A stretch of DNA of 62,711 bases, filler included, from Choristocarpus tenellus KU-1152 (lineage: Eukaryota > Protista > Phaeophyceae), in assembly GCA_964200185.2 (NCBI GenBank). It is 12 parts of 12 records of this genome, joined end to end, with 100 filler letters (N's around TTAATTAATTAA, not from the genome) between each part and the next. Parts side by side here need not be neighbours in the genome. Positions count along the whole stretch, not along the records: positions 1 to 8,927 come from CAXNAD020004187.1; positions 9,028 to 16,823 come from CAXNAD020005569.1; 10 more parts are not named here. One strand, given 5' to 3'. Of this stretch, positions 1 to 11,844 are shown piece after piece. Under the pieces are notes generated by a model. That model was not told the origin of the DNA and did not search any database. It saw only the letters and a list, made by a program, of their open reading frames with translations. A program made the translations under genes and the position numbers. Position 1 is the first letter of the stretch, and each line of letters begins with the position of its first letter.

Positions 1-20
1 CCCCCCTCCCAGATACTTTG
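1..20. mobile_element. MITE family A terminus at contig start
   Basis: CCCCCCTCCCAGATACTTTG matches the terminus of the full copy at 34027-34191. Confidence 0.8.
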
Positions 21-1608
21 GGTCTTAAATATACTCTTATAAAGACTATGTGTGAGAGCATGGAGGCTATGGTGCACAAGTGAAGGCTCCTATTTGCTGG
101 GTTAGTTACTTGCACGGGGGAAGACCGACTTCCCAAGATGTTGATGTTTGGGGAGCTTGCTGCTGGAAACAGAAGCAAGTTGGACAGGAGAACTGGTAGG
201 AGCAGGACTCCAAGACAACCTTAACAACTTTGGGACCGGAGTTGAGGTTTTGAGCATGAGGGTCATCAACCAGCAGGAGTGATATGAGTGTGTAATTGCC
301 ACCACAACGAAGTTCATGACTGAATGGCATTTGAAGGAAGGTATAAATAGCTAGTACACGTCACACCAAAGTAACACCTGAGGTCGTCCAAGTCACCACC
401 ACCACCACTGTATGCTGAATATTGCTTTATTTTTTAAGGTTATTTTCTTCCATCCTTTCATTATTTCTGCCCCCTCTTTCCCTTATGTTTTTGGGCGATG
501 GTCATTTTCTCCTGTAGGTTCCATACTTTTTTTTTTTTTTTTGTATGTTCTTGTCTTCCTTCTATTTTTTCTTCCACTTATCTGTTCTCCTTTTGGTTTT
601 TGTTTCTTTTTCTAGACTATTGTGTACTCCCTTCAAAGCTCTCCTCGTCCACGTGATTTCGCATCAAGGGGCAAGAAACGTAGCATCGCCATCCACCTTG
701 CACATTGTGCGAACTGGAGACTCAACACACCACGCATTTGGTACTATGATGAAACTAATTACAATCTTATTCCTGCCAATTTCATGGCACCCAGAGAAAA
801 AATGGGTGACACATCTAGTTTTAGCTTAGCTTCACACATGTAAACGTTGAGGGTCTAGTAGATGTATGGCTAACGTGACAGCACATTTTCTCGTTCGAAA
901 AGGAGGAAATTCGATAATACGGTGAAATATATTATAACTGGAAAAATGATACCTTTCAACAAGTCATGTCCCTTTGCTCCTCTCTTCGAATGACCACTCA
1001 CTGCCAAACCAACATCTTAAACTCAACTACAAAGCTGAATCCTATAATCAATCATTCTGACACCTGAACCGTCACGCTTGCTGTGACGAGTCAACCCTAG
1101 GAGAGTCACATAAACAATGAGGTTCAAATTGTTGTAGTAATACAAGATTGTAGAAATGTAGCAGATTTTTGTTGCGTGTATAGTACACTATAGTATTCAA
1201 ATAGATTTGTTCAAAATATATCTATGACAAGACAGTCGTTGGAGGTCGGTATTGTGTTGAAGTTGTTAGGGGGGAACTGTCGGTAAAGCGCGCATAAAGG
1301 ATACTTTTCAAATCATACCGACTAGGGTTGTTTTTAACCGCACCATCATCTCTACACCATTTGCAGGACGCCTTCGATGTTTCCGTTGTGTCGCAATAAT
1401 TAATTGTGGTTTACCCTTGACTTCAGTTCCAGAAACTTAACCATCTGTTACGGTGGGGTCGAGGAGGGTGGTCAGAGGGATTGCACTTACGTAGTTTTGA
1501 TTTGTGTCTTATCCGCCCAATAGCAATTGGAAGATATTGGGCCAGGGACCGCGAGGCATTTAGGTGGTGGTTGAGGTGGCTAGCTCAGGCTCGTGTTGAA
1601 AGGATACG

Positions 1609-1654
1609 ATGGTGATGCACAGGGCTAAGTCGCCCGTCCCAGCACGTATTAGAG
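1609..1654 (+). CDS. CAD: Carbamoyl-phosphate synthetase (CAD-like), putative exon 1
   Basis: ATG at 1609, MVMHRAKSPVPARIR, then donor AG|GTGAGC. The phase-1 end joins the exon at 1986 in frame (G|AA = Glu). Confidence 0.55.
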
Positions 1655-1985
1655 GTGAGCTTAGGCTTTATAGTGGAAATGGAGCCTCCTTTGCTCTGCA
1701 CTGCTCAAGGGATTCACTGCTGCATCTAGGTATATCCCGATTTTTGCGGGTTCTGCTGCACTCAAGCAAACTTCATGACGATCAAGGGTGGTTGTAGTTG
1801 GAAACCAGGTGGTTCCTAGATGGTGTAAATCGTAAGGGTTTTGTGCCTTAGAGAGCATGGCCAGTTAGGACTTCGTAGGTAAACTTCGGTGCTGTGCACT
1901 ATACATGTATAGTGTGTGTGTCAAACAACCTCCCCCAAGAACAAGTCGTATGTTCATGGTTCATCCCCCACCCCTTTCTCTGCAG

Positions 1986-2248
1986 AAAGCAGTGGATTGG
2001 AAAACACGGACACTCCGGCCACCCTGATTCTCGAGGACGGTAGCACCCATGTGGGCTTCAGCTTTGGCGCACCTGTCTCCATGGCTGGCGAGGTGGTATT
2101 CAACACAGGCATGGTTGGGTACCCAGAGGCTCTCACGGACCCCAGTTACCGCGGACAGATCCTGGTGCTCACCTACCCACTTATTGGTAACTATGGAGTT
2201 CCAAACGAAGACGACAAAGATAGCATGGGACTGCCCGCGCACTTCGAG
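1986..2248 (+). CDS. CAD: Carbamoyl-phosphate synthetase small-subunit (glutaminase) region, exon 2
   Basis: ATLILEDGS...[37 protein letters not shown] is the hallmark CPS small-chain N-terminal domain. TGCAG acceptor, GAG|GTACGA donor. The CAD symbol is inferred; only the GAT part is visible. Confidence 0.93.
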
Positions 2249-2745
2249 GTACGATGCATTTGCATCTCTGCCTGGCATGTAGACACAGCCTTCGTCTCTC
2301 TTATTCAGTTGGTTATCCGCTCCAAGAGGTTTACCCCTCCGCTTTCCTTGTCCTCCAAATTGGAATGCAACATACTGACAGTTGCAATGTACGGAGCTCG
2401 CTGCATCGACGGCTCGACGGAAGGTCATTGCTGGAAGATACTGGCATTTTTGCCGCTTCCTCTTACGCACCCTTTTTGGCCGTTTTGCCTGAATGCTTTT
2501 TTTAATTGTGTCATATCGGTTGCGCGCTGCATTTTGACGTCAACCTTGGCATGCATTAGTATAATCATGAGTACCACTTGCCCCTAATCACTAACCCGCC
2601 TGTCAATCCCTCACTATCGACTTTATGGCTCTGGGTTGTTGGGAACTTTGCATTGCCCATAAATGGCCATCCTGGATGCGTGTGGGTTTTTGTGAATGGT
2701 GGACAATATGCATGGGGATACACATGCTGCTTGGGCCCCTTGCAG

Positions 2746-2943
2746 AGCTCAGAAATCCACATCAACGGCCTGGTTGTCTACTCAGCTTCGGCAGAACACT
2801 CCCATTGGAATAGTTTCCAGAGCTTAGGGGATTGGCTCAAGAAGCACAATGTTCCTGCCATCTATGGCCTCGATACTCGTGCCCTAACAAAACGCATCCG
2901 CAAGCACGGTGCTGTCCTTGGGAAAATTGAGATGTTGGGCAAG
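2746..2943 (+). CDS. CAD: Carbamoyl-phosphate synthetase, exon 3
   Basis: SHWNSFQSLGDWLKKHNVPAIYGLDTRALTKRIRKHGAVLGKI. TTGCAG acceptor, AAG|GTGAGA donor, phase 0. Confidence 0.93.
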
Positions 2944-3681
2944 GTGAGAGAGGACCAATAGATCATCTGACTCGGAAGTGTTGTTACGTCCTTTCCATGG
3001 CGGCAGGCACCATGTCTCGGTTGAGGTTTTGTATGACACTGTGGATGTCGACCCTAACCCCAACCCTAACCCCAACCCTCTTGAATGCCAATGTGGTCCC
3101 AATGCAAACAATTGCAGGTTGCTCAAATTTTATTTGCTCTCAAACCACTTAAGGAAGCATTTCTTCTTCTGGCCGTCCTCGTAAAAAAACATTGGACCCT
3201 TGCTGGCACCTGACTTCTTAACTTGTTTTCCACCTTGAGTGGCTTCGCCCCGGTTCTCAAGAGAGTTGATGTAATTTTTGATGTAATTTTGTTACTGGCC
3301 GAGTGTTGGCCTTTGTTCAGATTTCGTGCTTTTTTGTGTATCAGCCATCAGGGGAACCAGATAATACGTAATGCCTAGCTCTTGATAATCTTGATATTGA
3401 AACCTCTACCGCCATTGCGTCTACCTGTCAGTCCTTTTGTCCATTGATCACTATGGTGGCCAGCCTACTACCTACCTCTGCCTAACATTTTTCTGCTATT
3501 GTCAACTTGACTTCAGTGTGTCTGATTGCCCCAAGAGCTTGTGTTTATTGAACCTGTGTATCCCTCAACCAACTCCATATATGCGATTCTGATTGTCTTC
3601 TGTTTTGTGTATCAATCAATCAAATATCCAGCTGGTTACTCAACTTGTCCGTCCAGGCGCCTGCCTGTCTGTCTGTCTGTC

Positions 3682-3806
3682 TGTCTGCTGACCTGTCTCA
3701 TGGCCTGTTAACACAACTCATTCTTGCCTTCTTTGTCAAACTTGTCTGCTGACCTGTCTCACGGCCTGTTAACACAACTCATTCTTGACTTCTTTGTCAA
3801 ACTTGT
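3682..3806. repeat. Tandem duplication, 61-bp period x2 (intronic)
   Basis: TGTCTGCTGACCTGTCTCAYGGCCTGTTAACACAACTCATTCTTG... occurs twice with about 2 mismatches. Confidence 0.9.
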
Positions 3807-4136
3807 TCGCCAATTACACCATCTGTCTTGCAGCATTGTAGATCAGCTGCAGTCCTCCCTTTCCTTGCCCCTGCTATTCACTTTCCCCTCCCTTTTTGTC
3901 TTGAGGGCACACTATTCCATGCTGCTGCCATTGTGTGCACGCTTCCATTTACCTGCCACTCGTTCTCACATGAAATTTGAGGTAAATTTTGACACAAGCT
4001 GCCCTTACTGAACCTCTGAGTGATGTGTTCCACCACTGTTGTACTCTCTTGTCCTTTCTCTGTCCCTGATTGTGGGACGGTTTTGGGCGGCGGTGGTGGC
4101 GGGGGGGGGGGGCATCCTTTTTCCTGTGTGAGGCAG

Positions 4137-4270
4137 TCGATTTCCTTTGACAACCCCAACAAGCGAAACCTTGTGAAGGAGGTGTCCTGCACAAAGGTGA
4201 CAGTGTACAATGATGGGATGGATGTGAGAATCCTGGCCTTTGACTGTGGTATGAAGGCCAATATTATCCG
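4137..4270 (+). CDS. CAD: Carbamoyl-phosphate synthetase, exon 4
   Basis: FDNPNKRNLVKEVS...ILAFDCGMKANIIR. GGCAG acceptor, CG|GTGGGT donor. Confidence 0.9.
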
Positions 4271-5781
4271 GTGGGTGCCCTCTCTTCGGGTTGTCATGCT
4301 CTGGGCGGCCCTGTAGCACCTCGTGACGATGGCCTGGGTTATTGATAGGGCGTACTATGAAGAGTTGATGCTATTGATAGGGTTGTTGAGACAGAAGAGG
4401 GATAGGGTTAGGGGTTAGGGGTAAGGGTTTAAGGCAAGGGTCCACGACTGAAAGGGTTAGGGTTGGTTGTCTAGGGCTGGCAGTGTTTTAGTTAGGGTCA
4501 AGCCTAAGATCGAGGTTGGAGTATTGAATTGAGGTTATAGAGTGAAATGGAGAGTTTGTTGTTCAATACTTGAAAAAAAATGTTTGGGTTTGTTTTTATG
4601 TGTTGTTTTTATGTGTTTAAAGTTTCTTGGTGTTATTGACTTGGTATGTGAGATTGTTAACTGGGAGGAGATCGATCGATCAGCTGTGGATTGCCACAGG
4701 GTTGGGAGTGTAAACAAGAACCCAAATTGAACCTCCCATATGATTTTTTTTGATAAATGAGAACGATTGCTGCAGAGCGGTTTCCGGGGAGAATGGTAAC
4801 TCTTTATGTCGGTATAAGTTGATTGGTAACTCTCTATGTCGGTTATGAGTTGTACCGTTGTCGGTATGACCTAAGGTTACTCTACATTGCTATCAGTTTG
4901 GTTCTGAGTAGTCCTGTACCACTTCACTCGGTGACATAAGAGCCCTGAGCATGATTTGCCAACGTTTTAATTTATGTAAGTGGTTTTGTTTCATTTGTAA
5001 TCAAGGATAGGTTAAGAAAGAGAGTTGTTTCATTTGCCGTGACTGTGTTAGTACGTCTTCAGCTGATTTAGGAGTTATTTTCGAGAGTTGGGGACGTTGG
5101 GGGTTAGGGTTAGTACATGAGGTTCTTATATGTGTTAATGGGCGTTGAAGGGGGTGTCGAGGATGAGGCTGGCAAATAATTCCTCTAGACGTCTAGTTCC
5201 TATTTTCAGCATCCACCCCCTTCCTTCAACTATCCACTTGGTTACAGCAGTTGAATATCCTCTGGAGGAGGAGCTCTCTCCCCCAGCACCTCGGAGGGTG
5301 ACTGGCTTATTATTCATACCCTCCTTATTCATAACCCTAACCCTAACCTAGGGGAAGTAGTGCTTTGACTCTGCCTACAGTAATGGCTGCCCTTTTTTTT
5401 GACCATTACACTGCATGAGAGATGAGAGTACAAAATCCTATTCTGTTGTGTAATAATATAAATATACAAAATTATATAAATATATATACTCAGGAGGAGC
5501 TGTGTTGTATGGTGCTAGTGCTTCAGAAAAAAAGTATCATCGAAGCATGAATCGCCACGACATAGCTGCATCCCATTGGTTGAATGTATCGTGTCTGCTA
5601 TACTATTGGCTGAACGTGTCGTGTCTACGATTTTATTGGTGGATATACTGATTCTCTGTACAGCATGTGAAGTGTAACACACCACTTCCCATTCTTAATA
5701 GAATGGTTATATGGCAACCTCCCTTCCNNNNNNNNNNGGAAAGTACACAACCCCCCCCCCTTTTTTAAAAAAAGGTTTTTT

Positions 5782-5815
<34 letters not shown>

Positions 5816-5829
5816 ATATTTTTTTGCAG

Positions 5830-6082
5830 CTACTTTGTAATAGAGCAGAAGGTGACGTTTGTGGTGGTTCCATTTGACTACGACCTGGAGGCCAATCCCT
5901 CTAACATATCGTACAATGGTGTGTTTGTGAGCAATGGTCCTGGTGATCCTGCCATGTGCACATCAACTGTGAAGTCTCTGAGGTGGCTCATGGACAAGGC
6001 GGAAAAGGGTGGGGAGAAGCCGATGCCCATATTTGGGATCTGCCTTGGGAATCAGCTGCTTGCTCTTGCTGCGGGGGCGAAG
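5830..6082 (+). CDS. CAD: Carbamoyl-phosphate synthetase, exon 5 (class I GATase catalytic Cys)
   Basis: [11 protein letters not shown] and [19 protein letters not shown] motifs. Phase matches exon 4; AAG|GTGAGT donor. Confidence 0.93.
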
Positions 6083-6240
6083 GTGAGTTTGTTTATGTCT
6101 GTGCACAGGTATATATATACCCCAAAATGTCACTGTTTTTTTGTTAGCTGACTCAGTGGGGTGATTGTCTCTTCTCTTCCTAAGTTGTTGTAAGGTGGTG
6201 AACTGCATTGATTGATCTCTTTCGAAATGTGCAGTACACG

Positions 6241-6297
6241 TAGAACTATTCTGATAGAACTATTCGGATAGAACTATTCTGATAGAACTATTCTGAT
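6241..6297. repeat. 14-bp minisatellite x4
   Basis: TAGAACTATTCTGA repeated. Confidence 0.9.
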
Positions 6298-7977
6298 TGT
6301 TTTTTCTTAGATCCCTTCGTTTATCGAGAGGTGTATTATGTAGTTGATGGGGAGGGGAGGGGATGCAATGTGATGACAGTTTGATATTTTCACTATTTTT
6401 GTATCTAGTGGATTACCTACTGTTGATGCCGTCTTAAAGCAGTATTATGTGTGTTTTGGATGTATCATGATGGCTGCATAACACAACGTAACGTGTTGGT
6501 GTTACAGGCGACAAAGTGTTGTCTGGATAACCAGTGTTACAGAGGTAATGGTCACAGATGATATCTATGGATCGAATTGGCTCCAATGTTTGCCAAACAG
6601 TCTATACACTAAAAAGGAAGTGGTTCTTGAGCGTTGGTTGTTGTTATAAATGGCAGTTACATAGAGGATGGCCTCAATAGGTACGAGGGTTAGCTGAGGT
6701 TTAGGAGTAAATGGGCCCTAGTGTTCAGAAGGTGATCAAGACAGGGACAGAGGCAGTGCAATGAGTTGTAGTGCAATGGTCAGCCTTTACAGTTACAAGT
6801 TAGCGTGAGAAAGTAGCGCAGCGTGTGTTGCTTCTTTGTGTATAATAAAGCCTTTACAGGTTTTAACACAATCCCTAGAATAAAATGAAGATACCAGTAA
6901 GTAGACAATGATAGGAATACCAAGTGTTAATTGGACAGGAGGTGTTTACAGGCGATTGTGATGTGTATATATATGTATTTTTTCTTTTTTTCTGTTATTT
7001 TTTCTTTCTTTGCCGAATCTCTCTCGTTTTCACTGTTTCCGCTTCATCAATGAAAAATCAGAACAAATTTGTGAAAGAATAATAATTTGGAAGTGGGCAG
7101 GTTTGCAGAACAGTAGTTGAGCGGACAGAAGCATTTTTTTTGTTATTGTTGTGGCGATGGGTGTTACAGTGTTACAGTGTTACAGCATTATGGTGATATA
7201 GTGTTACAGTCTTGGAGTGTTATAGTCTTACATGGAGCGAAGACACTTGGATGTTTTTTGTACAAGTCATGTTATGGCGTGAGGGTGCTATACATCGAAC
7301 TTAAAACAGAACATATTTTCTATCTAGCCTGGTGCTAGGCAATGGATGATATAGTCAAGCCAACTGAAGCGTGCTATAGACAGGGGAGTAACTGTCCCGT
7401 TTAGGTGACTAATTGTTCCATGTAGGTGTCTAGTTGTCCCTTGTAGATTGACTGTATGATAGATGTCCCTAAGTGTAGTTAGTAACACTTTAGTAGTCTG
7501 AAGCATTATTTTGTTGGAGGTTTGTAACAGCATGTGCCTGTCCTTGTAAGAGTACCCCACTGTACCTACAATTAGATTTTGAATGATGTATGTAGTTTCT
7601 TAACTGTACTTGTGGAGCATATGATGCAATTTCACAATTTCTTTGTCTCCCGCACGTATCTGTAACTTACATTCACATAACTATGTGTGTATGTGTGTGT
7701 TCATCCTCATGTCATGTTGTGTGTGTTTATGTGCACTAGTGAGGTACTGACTACCCATTCGTGTATAGGAATCCCAAGACAAAGCACGTCTACACACACA
7801 CATACACACACACATATATATATATATAATACAAATACATCTTAGTCTGACCCTTCCCTCCCCCTCCCTCAATTTGTGTGTGTGTGTGTGTGTTGTGTGT
7901 GTTGTGTGTGTTGTGTGTGTCTGTTGCACTCTGTGGCGCTCTGGGGTTCTTTGGTGGTTGGGGGAGTATTGCAATAG

Positions 7978-8069
7978 ACATACAAGATGAAATTTGGTAA
8001 CCGGGGAATGAACCAGCCATGTATTGACATGCGAACAGCTAGGTGTTACATCACTCCTCAGAACCATGG
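7978..8069 (+). CDS. CAD: Carbamoyl-phosphate synthetase, exon 6 (not in the ORF track; gene then runs off the contig)
   Basis: Manual translation [36 protein letters not shown] acceptor, GG|GTGAGA donor. Confidence 0.9.
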
Positions 8070-8861
8070 GTGAGATTGTAATCAACATTAGTAACATCAT
8101 ATTGTAGTTTACTAGTTGGAAGTATAATTAAAGTTAAAAATAGAGTCTTCAAAATTATAATGTAGTTTTGGAAGCCAAGTTCCAAAAAAAGATTCTAATG
8201 GTTATGTAGTATTACATATTTATATTTTTTATATGTAGTTAAGAATCAAGTTTTAAAGATCCATGATATAGTTGGATTGGATTGGATTGGATTGGATTGA
8301 ATTGATGATGATTGTATTTCATAAAGCTAAATTGACTTCTTTTTTTTTATGTGCTGGACTGTAATTGATTCCATTGTACTATGTATCACTCCATAATTAC
8401 TGCCTTGATTATTATTTTTGACTAGTCCAGGTTTGACTCGATCTATACAATTTTACAATACTGAAATTGTGTCAGAAATGAACCCATCGTGCATCTTAGG
8501 GTTAGGGTTGGCAAGCCTAACCCTCTTTTACATTGCGTCATAGGAAGTGTAAGACTGAGTGATGCTAGTATTGAGGAAGGCGTTTGACAGTTGTTGTATG
8601 GATTGGTTGTGTTTTTCTTTTATCACCCCTTTTTTGTATTTTTAAAAATCATCTAGACTTCTCTTATTGACAAGATCTGGTCCTATGTGCAGGTTGATTG
8701 AATTATCCCTGGCTTCTGTGGCATTATGAATATGTGTGTATACTCCTGAACAGGGGTATATGCCCAATTTGGGTGGAAAGTTCCTTCCATGCTTTGTATA
8801 TGTTTATACATTTGACATATGCTTTACTTGTGTTAACCAATTGATATGCATAGAAGTATAC

Positions 8862-8927
8862 ATGTATGTATGTATGTATGTATGTATGTATGTATGTATG
8901 TATGTATGTATGTATGTATGTATGTAT
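8862..8927. repeat. (TATG)n microsatellite at contig end
   Basis: Seen directly. Confidence 0.95.
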
Positions 8928-9027
8928 NNNNNNNNNNNNNNNNNNNNNNNNNNNNNNNNNNNNNNNNNNNNTTAATTAATTAANNNNNNNNNNNNNNNNN
9001 NNNNNNNNNNNNNNNNNNNNNNNNNNN
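8928..9027. other. Artificial contig linker (first of 11; others start at 16824, 22824, 27289, 32807, 42701, 46331, 50472, 53469, 56403, 59622)
   Basis: Identical 44N-TTAATTAATTAA-44N each time. TTAATTAATTAA places stops in all six frames. Confidence 0.98.
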
Positions 9028-9098
9028 GACCAAAACGGACGCCCCCTCACAAACCACCACCACCACCACCACCACCACCACCACCCCCAGATACTTTG
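9028..9098. mobile_element. MITE family A partial copy at contig start
   Basis: Ends CCCCCAGATACTTTG, with a degenerate CCAAATGGAC-like subterminal motif. Confidence 0.7.
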
Positions 9099-10394
9099 AC
9101 CCTAGTTTTTCTGTTTGATAGTAGTTGGGTGGTCCATTAGGTTTTGTTCGCCAAATTATGTGAACAGCGCCTTGACACCACCTGACCATCCATCATATCC
9201 CCCCTCACAAACGCACACGTGACAACACTTGCATCCCAGGCACTGATGGTTAAGGAGACAACACAAGCGTACCGACGTGTTGAAAGTGTTATCTTAAAGC
9301 ACAGTAGGTCTGTCCTGGGCGCCATAGAGAATGGGACGAGAGAATGTGGGTCTGGATCTCAGTTTGCCAAGGTTATGGCATGACCCTACTCTTACAAGTA
9401 GCCTGGATGGGGGGGAGGGGGGGCATGTACAAGGTAGAAGGAGCCGAGAAGAGAAGAGTTTCTATTGTATAGTATTGAATCTGATGCATGGCATCATGAC
9501 TTGAGCCATGTGGTAGGCCAATGGCATGTTTGTCAGTACTTGACAAGAAAGTGTGCTTTGTGATAGGGTGAGATGGAAGCGGGATGGGGCAGGCTCTGTT
9601 TGAAGGCATCATGTCCATCTGAGGTTCTGAAGTCAATCAGTTTGAGTCTATTTTGAGCAAGTTGATGTTGTTTTGCTTCAGTGAGGGTGATGGAATTGGC
9701 AAAGCAACTTGGGTGAGTAAGTTGAGCAAGCAGCGGGGAGGGGGGGGGGGCGGGGGGGGGCAATGCTGACTGCTTAAGGAGAGAAAGCTCCTACATTCTG
9801 GATTACAATAGGGCTACATGCTTGTATGTATATAGTAGAGTAAATCCATTAGCTAGGGTGCTTGATGGCATTACCCAGCAGTGTCACACTGTCAGAGCTC
9901 ATTGCTTTGAGCAGATGGAGCCATTGGTGTGCCTACATGGAGGGCAGGCAGTGCTTTTTTTATCTCTTGTGGGATGAGATTAATAAAATGCTCCCCATAC
10001 ACGCAAGACTCAAGTAAAATGAAAAATGTGCAGGAATGGATGTGACCCTGAGCAATCAATACCTTTGTAGTAGCTCCAACCTCTAGTGCGTGCTCTGGAG
10101 TGCTACGTGCCGCCTTTGTGTATTAAAAAATATATGTTGTTCGCGTGAGAGTACCCTCCACAAACTGCAAGTTTACCAGAGGCTCTCCTCACTTGCACAC
10201 CTTGCACACGCATCTCGTCCAAACCTTTTCGATCAATTATAGGGTAGTGTAAATTATAATCACTTGTAGTATCTATTTTGTACACTATATACTATACTCG
10301 GTTTTATGTACTCCCCTGTAGCGTTCTTTGACATACAGACACGGGATGGTATTGCTGTCCTAATACATGTTGGTTACCGTTGTGCGATTTGACT

Positions 10395-10562
10395 CAAAGT
10401 ATCTGGGGGGGGTGGCGGCTGTCCATTTGGGGCCAATTTTTTCATGTCGCAATTTTTGTGTGATTTGGTTGCATACGTCGGATTGATAATGAAAGTGCAC
10501 TTTTCCTGGTTATGACTGAAATGGACACCCTGGTAGTGTAGACCCCCCTCCCCCCAGATACT
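10395..10562 (+). mobile_element. MITE family A, near full-length (~170 bp)
   Basis: CAAAGTATCTGGGGGGGTGGCGGCTGTCCATTTGG ... AAATGGACACC...CCCCAGATACT. Colinear with the copies at 22042 and 34027. Confidence 0.9.
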
Positions 10563-11844
10563 ATTTGTCTTTCGTTCTGTCTGCTGCAATAATGATACAA
10601 CGACTGTACCCACCACAAGACATGCTGGATTTACCGCATATCACAGTTTTACCTTCAATATTTTCAATGTCACTCAGTATCACATTATAGTCTCTTCAGT
10701 CCCACCATGCACCTCCTGATGGTACCAATTAACCACACTGCATAGTCCATCCGATTCTACCACAAAAAAAAGCGATACCTCCTCCCGGATACGGTTCGCG
10801 TTCTTAGTATCAAGTCCCTCCAACGATCAGTCACTCACCTGCAGAACAACTTCATGACTTACACATCCCCTTCTGCATTTACTCTTACTGAATTAAGGTC
10901 TCATCGTTCTTTTTCCTACTCTAACATAACGCTGTACCTCCAATTAAATTTATGACGGACACAGAAAAGCTCAGCACAGTTTATCTTTGACCAATCCCTA
11001 TACCGAGATCAGTTTCACGATCTAATCTACGAATTATTTAGCTGTCACTTCCCTAGAATTCCCGCGTGTTGCTTCTGTCCCTTCTCTACCATCGAACTGC
11101 ACTGTCCACCCAAGTATTTCTCAGGTACTCTGCTTTTGTTTCATCCTTGTACCAAGCAAGCACTCGGTATTCTCCTTCCCGGCCATTGTACTCCAACTCC
11201 CACTGAAACTCAAATTGCCACAGATAGTTGGTCCATCCATAGATCCAGGAGATTGTTATTTATGGTATTGATTCATTTTCAACCAGCACAGACAGACTCA
11301 GTGTATCTTGAGTGTCCTACAGCTTCACTAGTGCCTTGCAGTGAACTTATCACTGAAGCTGTAGCCTTAGGGGCACTTTGTATCACTAGAAGAACATAGG
11401 TAATGATGTCTTGGAAAGATGAGATGAGTGTGGACCACGATTATCGTTTCAACTGCCCAGTCTATTCTCCGTCTATGTCCATTTGTCGCAGTGATTGTTA
11501 ATGGTTGACTCGAGCAGCCCTAGGGACCGGCTGGTAGCAGCATTGATCATTCTCATTGCCACGCTGACCCCTCAACTCGTCCGGTTAGAGACACTCCACC
11601 CTGAGGTCGCTTCTCCCTCCTGTGTCACACCTAGCTAGCTCCAACAACACTTTTTTGTTACACGTGGGATCTCTCTTTCGACCTGTTGGTTGTCACAGCT
11701 CACAAAACAGGCGAAAGAGGGGAGTTGTCGTTGTTAGGCGGGGGGGTAACAACGGCAACCAACCACTGCTAAAATACGCAAACATACGTTGGTGACGTTT
11801 ACTATGCTGCATTACTGAAGTATATTGCATCGTCATCTCCATAC

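Noticed and set aside
8928-9027. TTAATTAATTAA palindrome repeated 11 times
   Set aside because: Assembly linker embedded in Ns. ORFs running into X stretches are artefacts.
10640-11100. Possible LINE endonuclease relic (GGGIA- and VICG-like fragments on the minus strand)
   Set aside because: Too degenerate to call.
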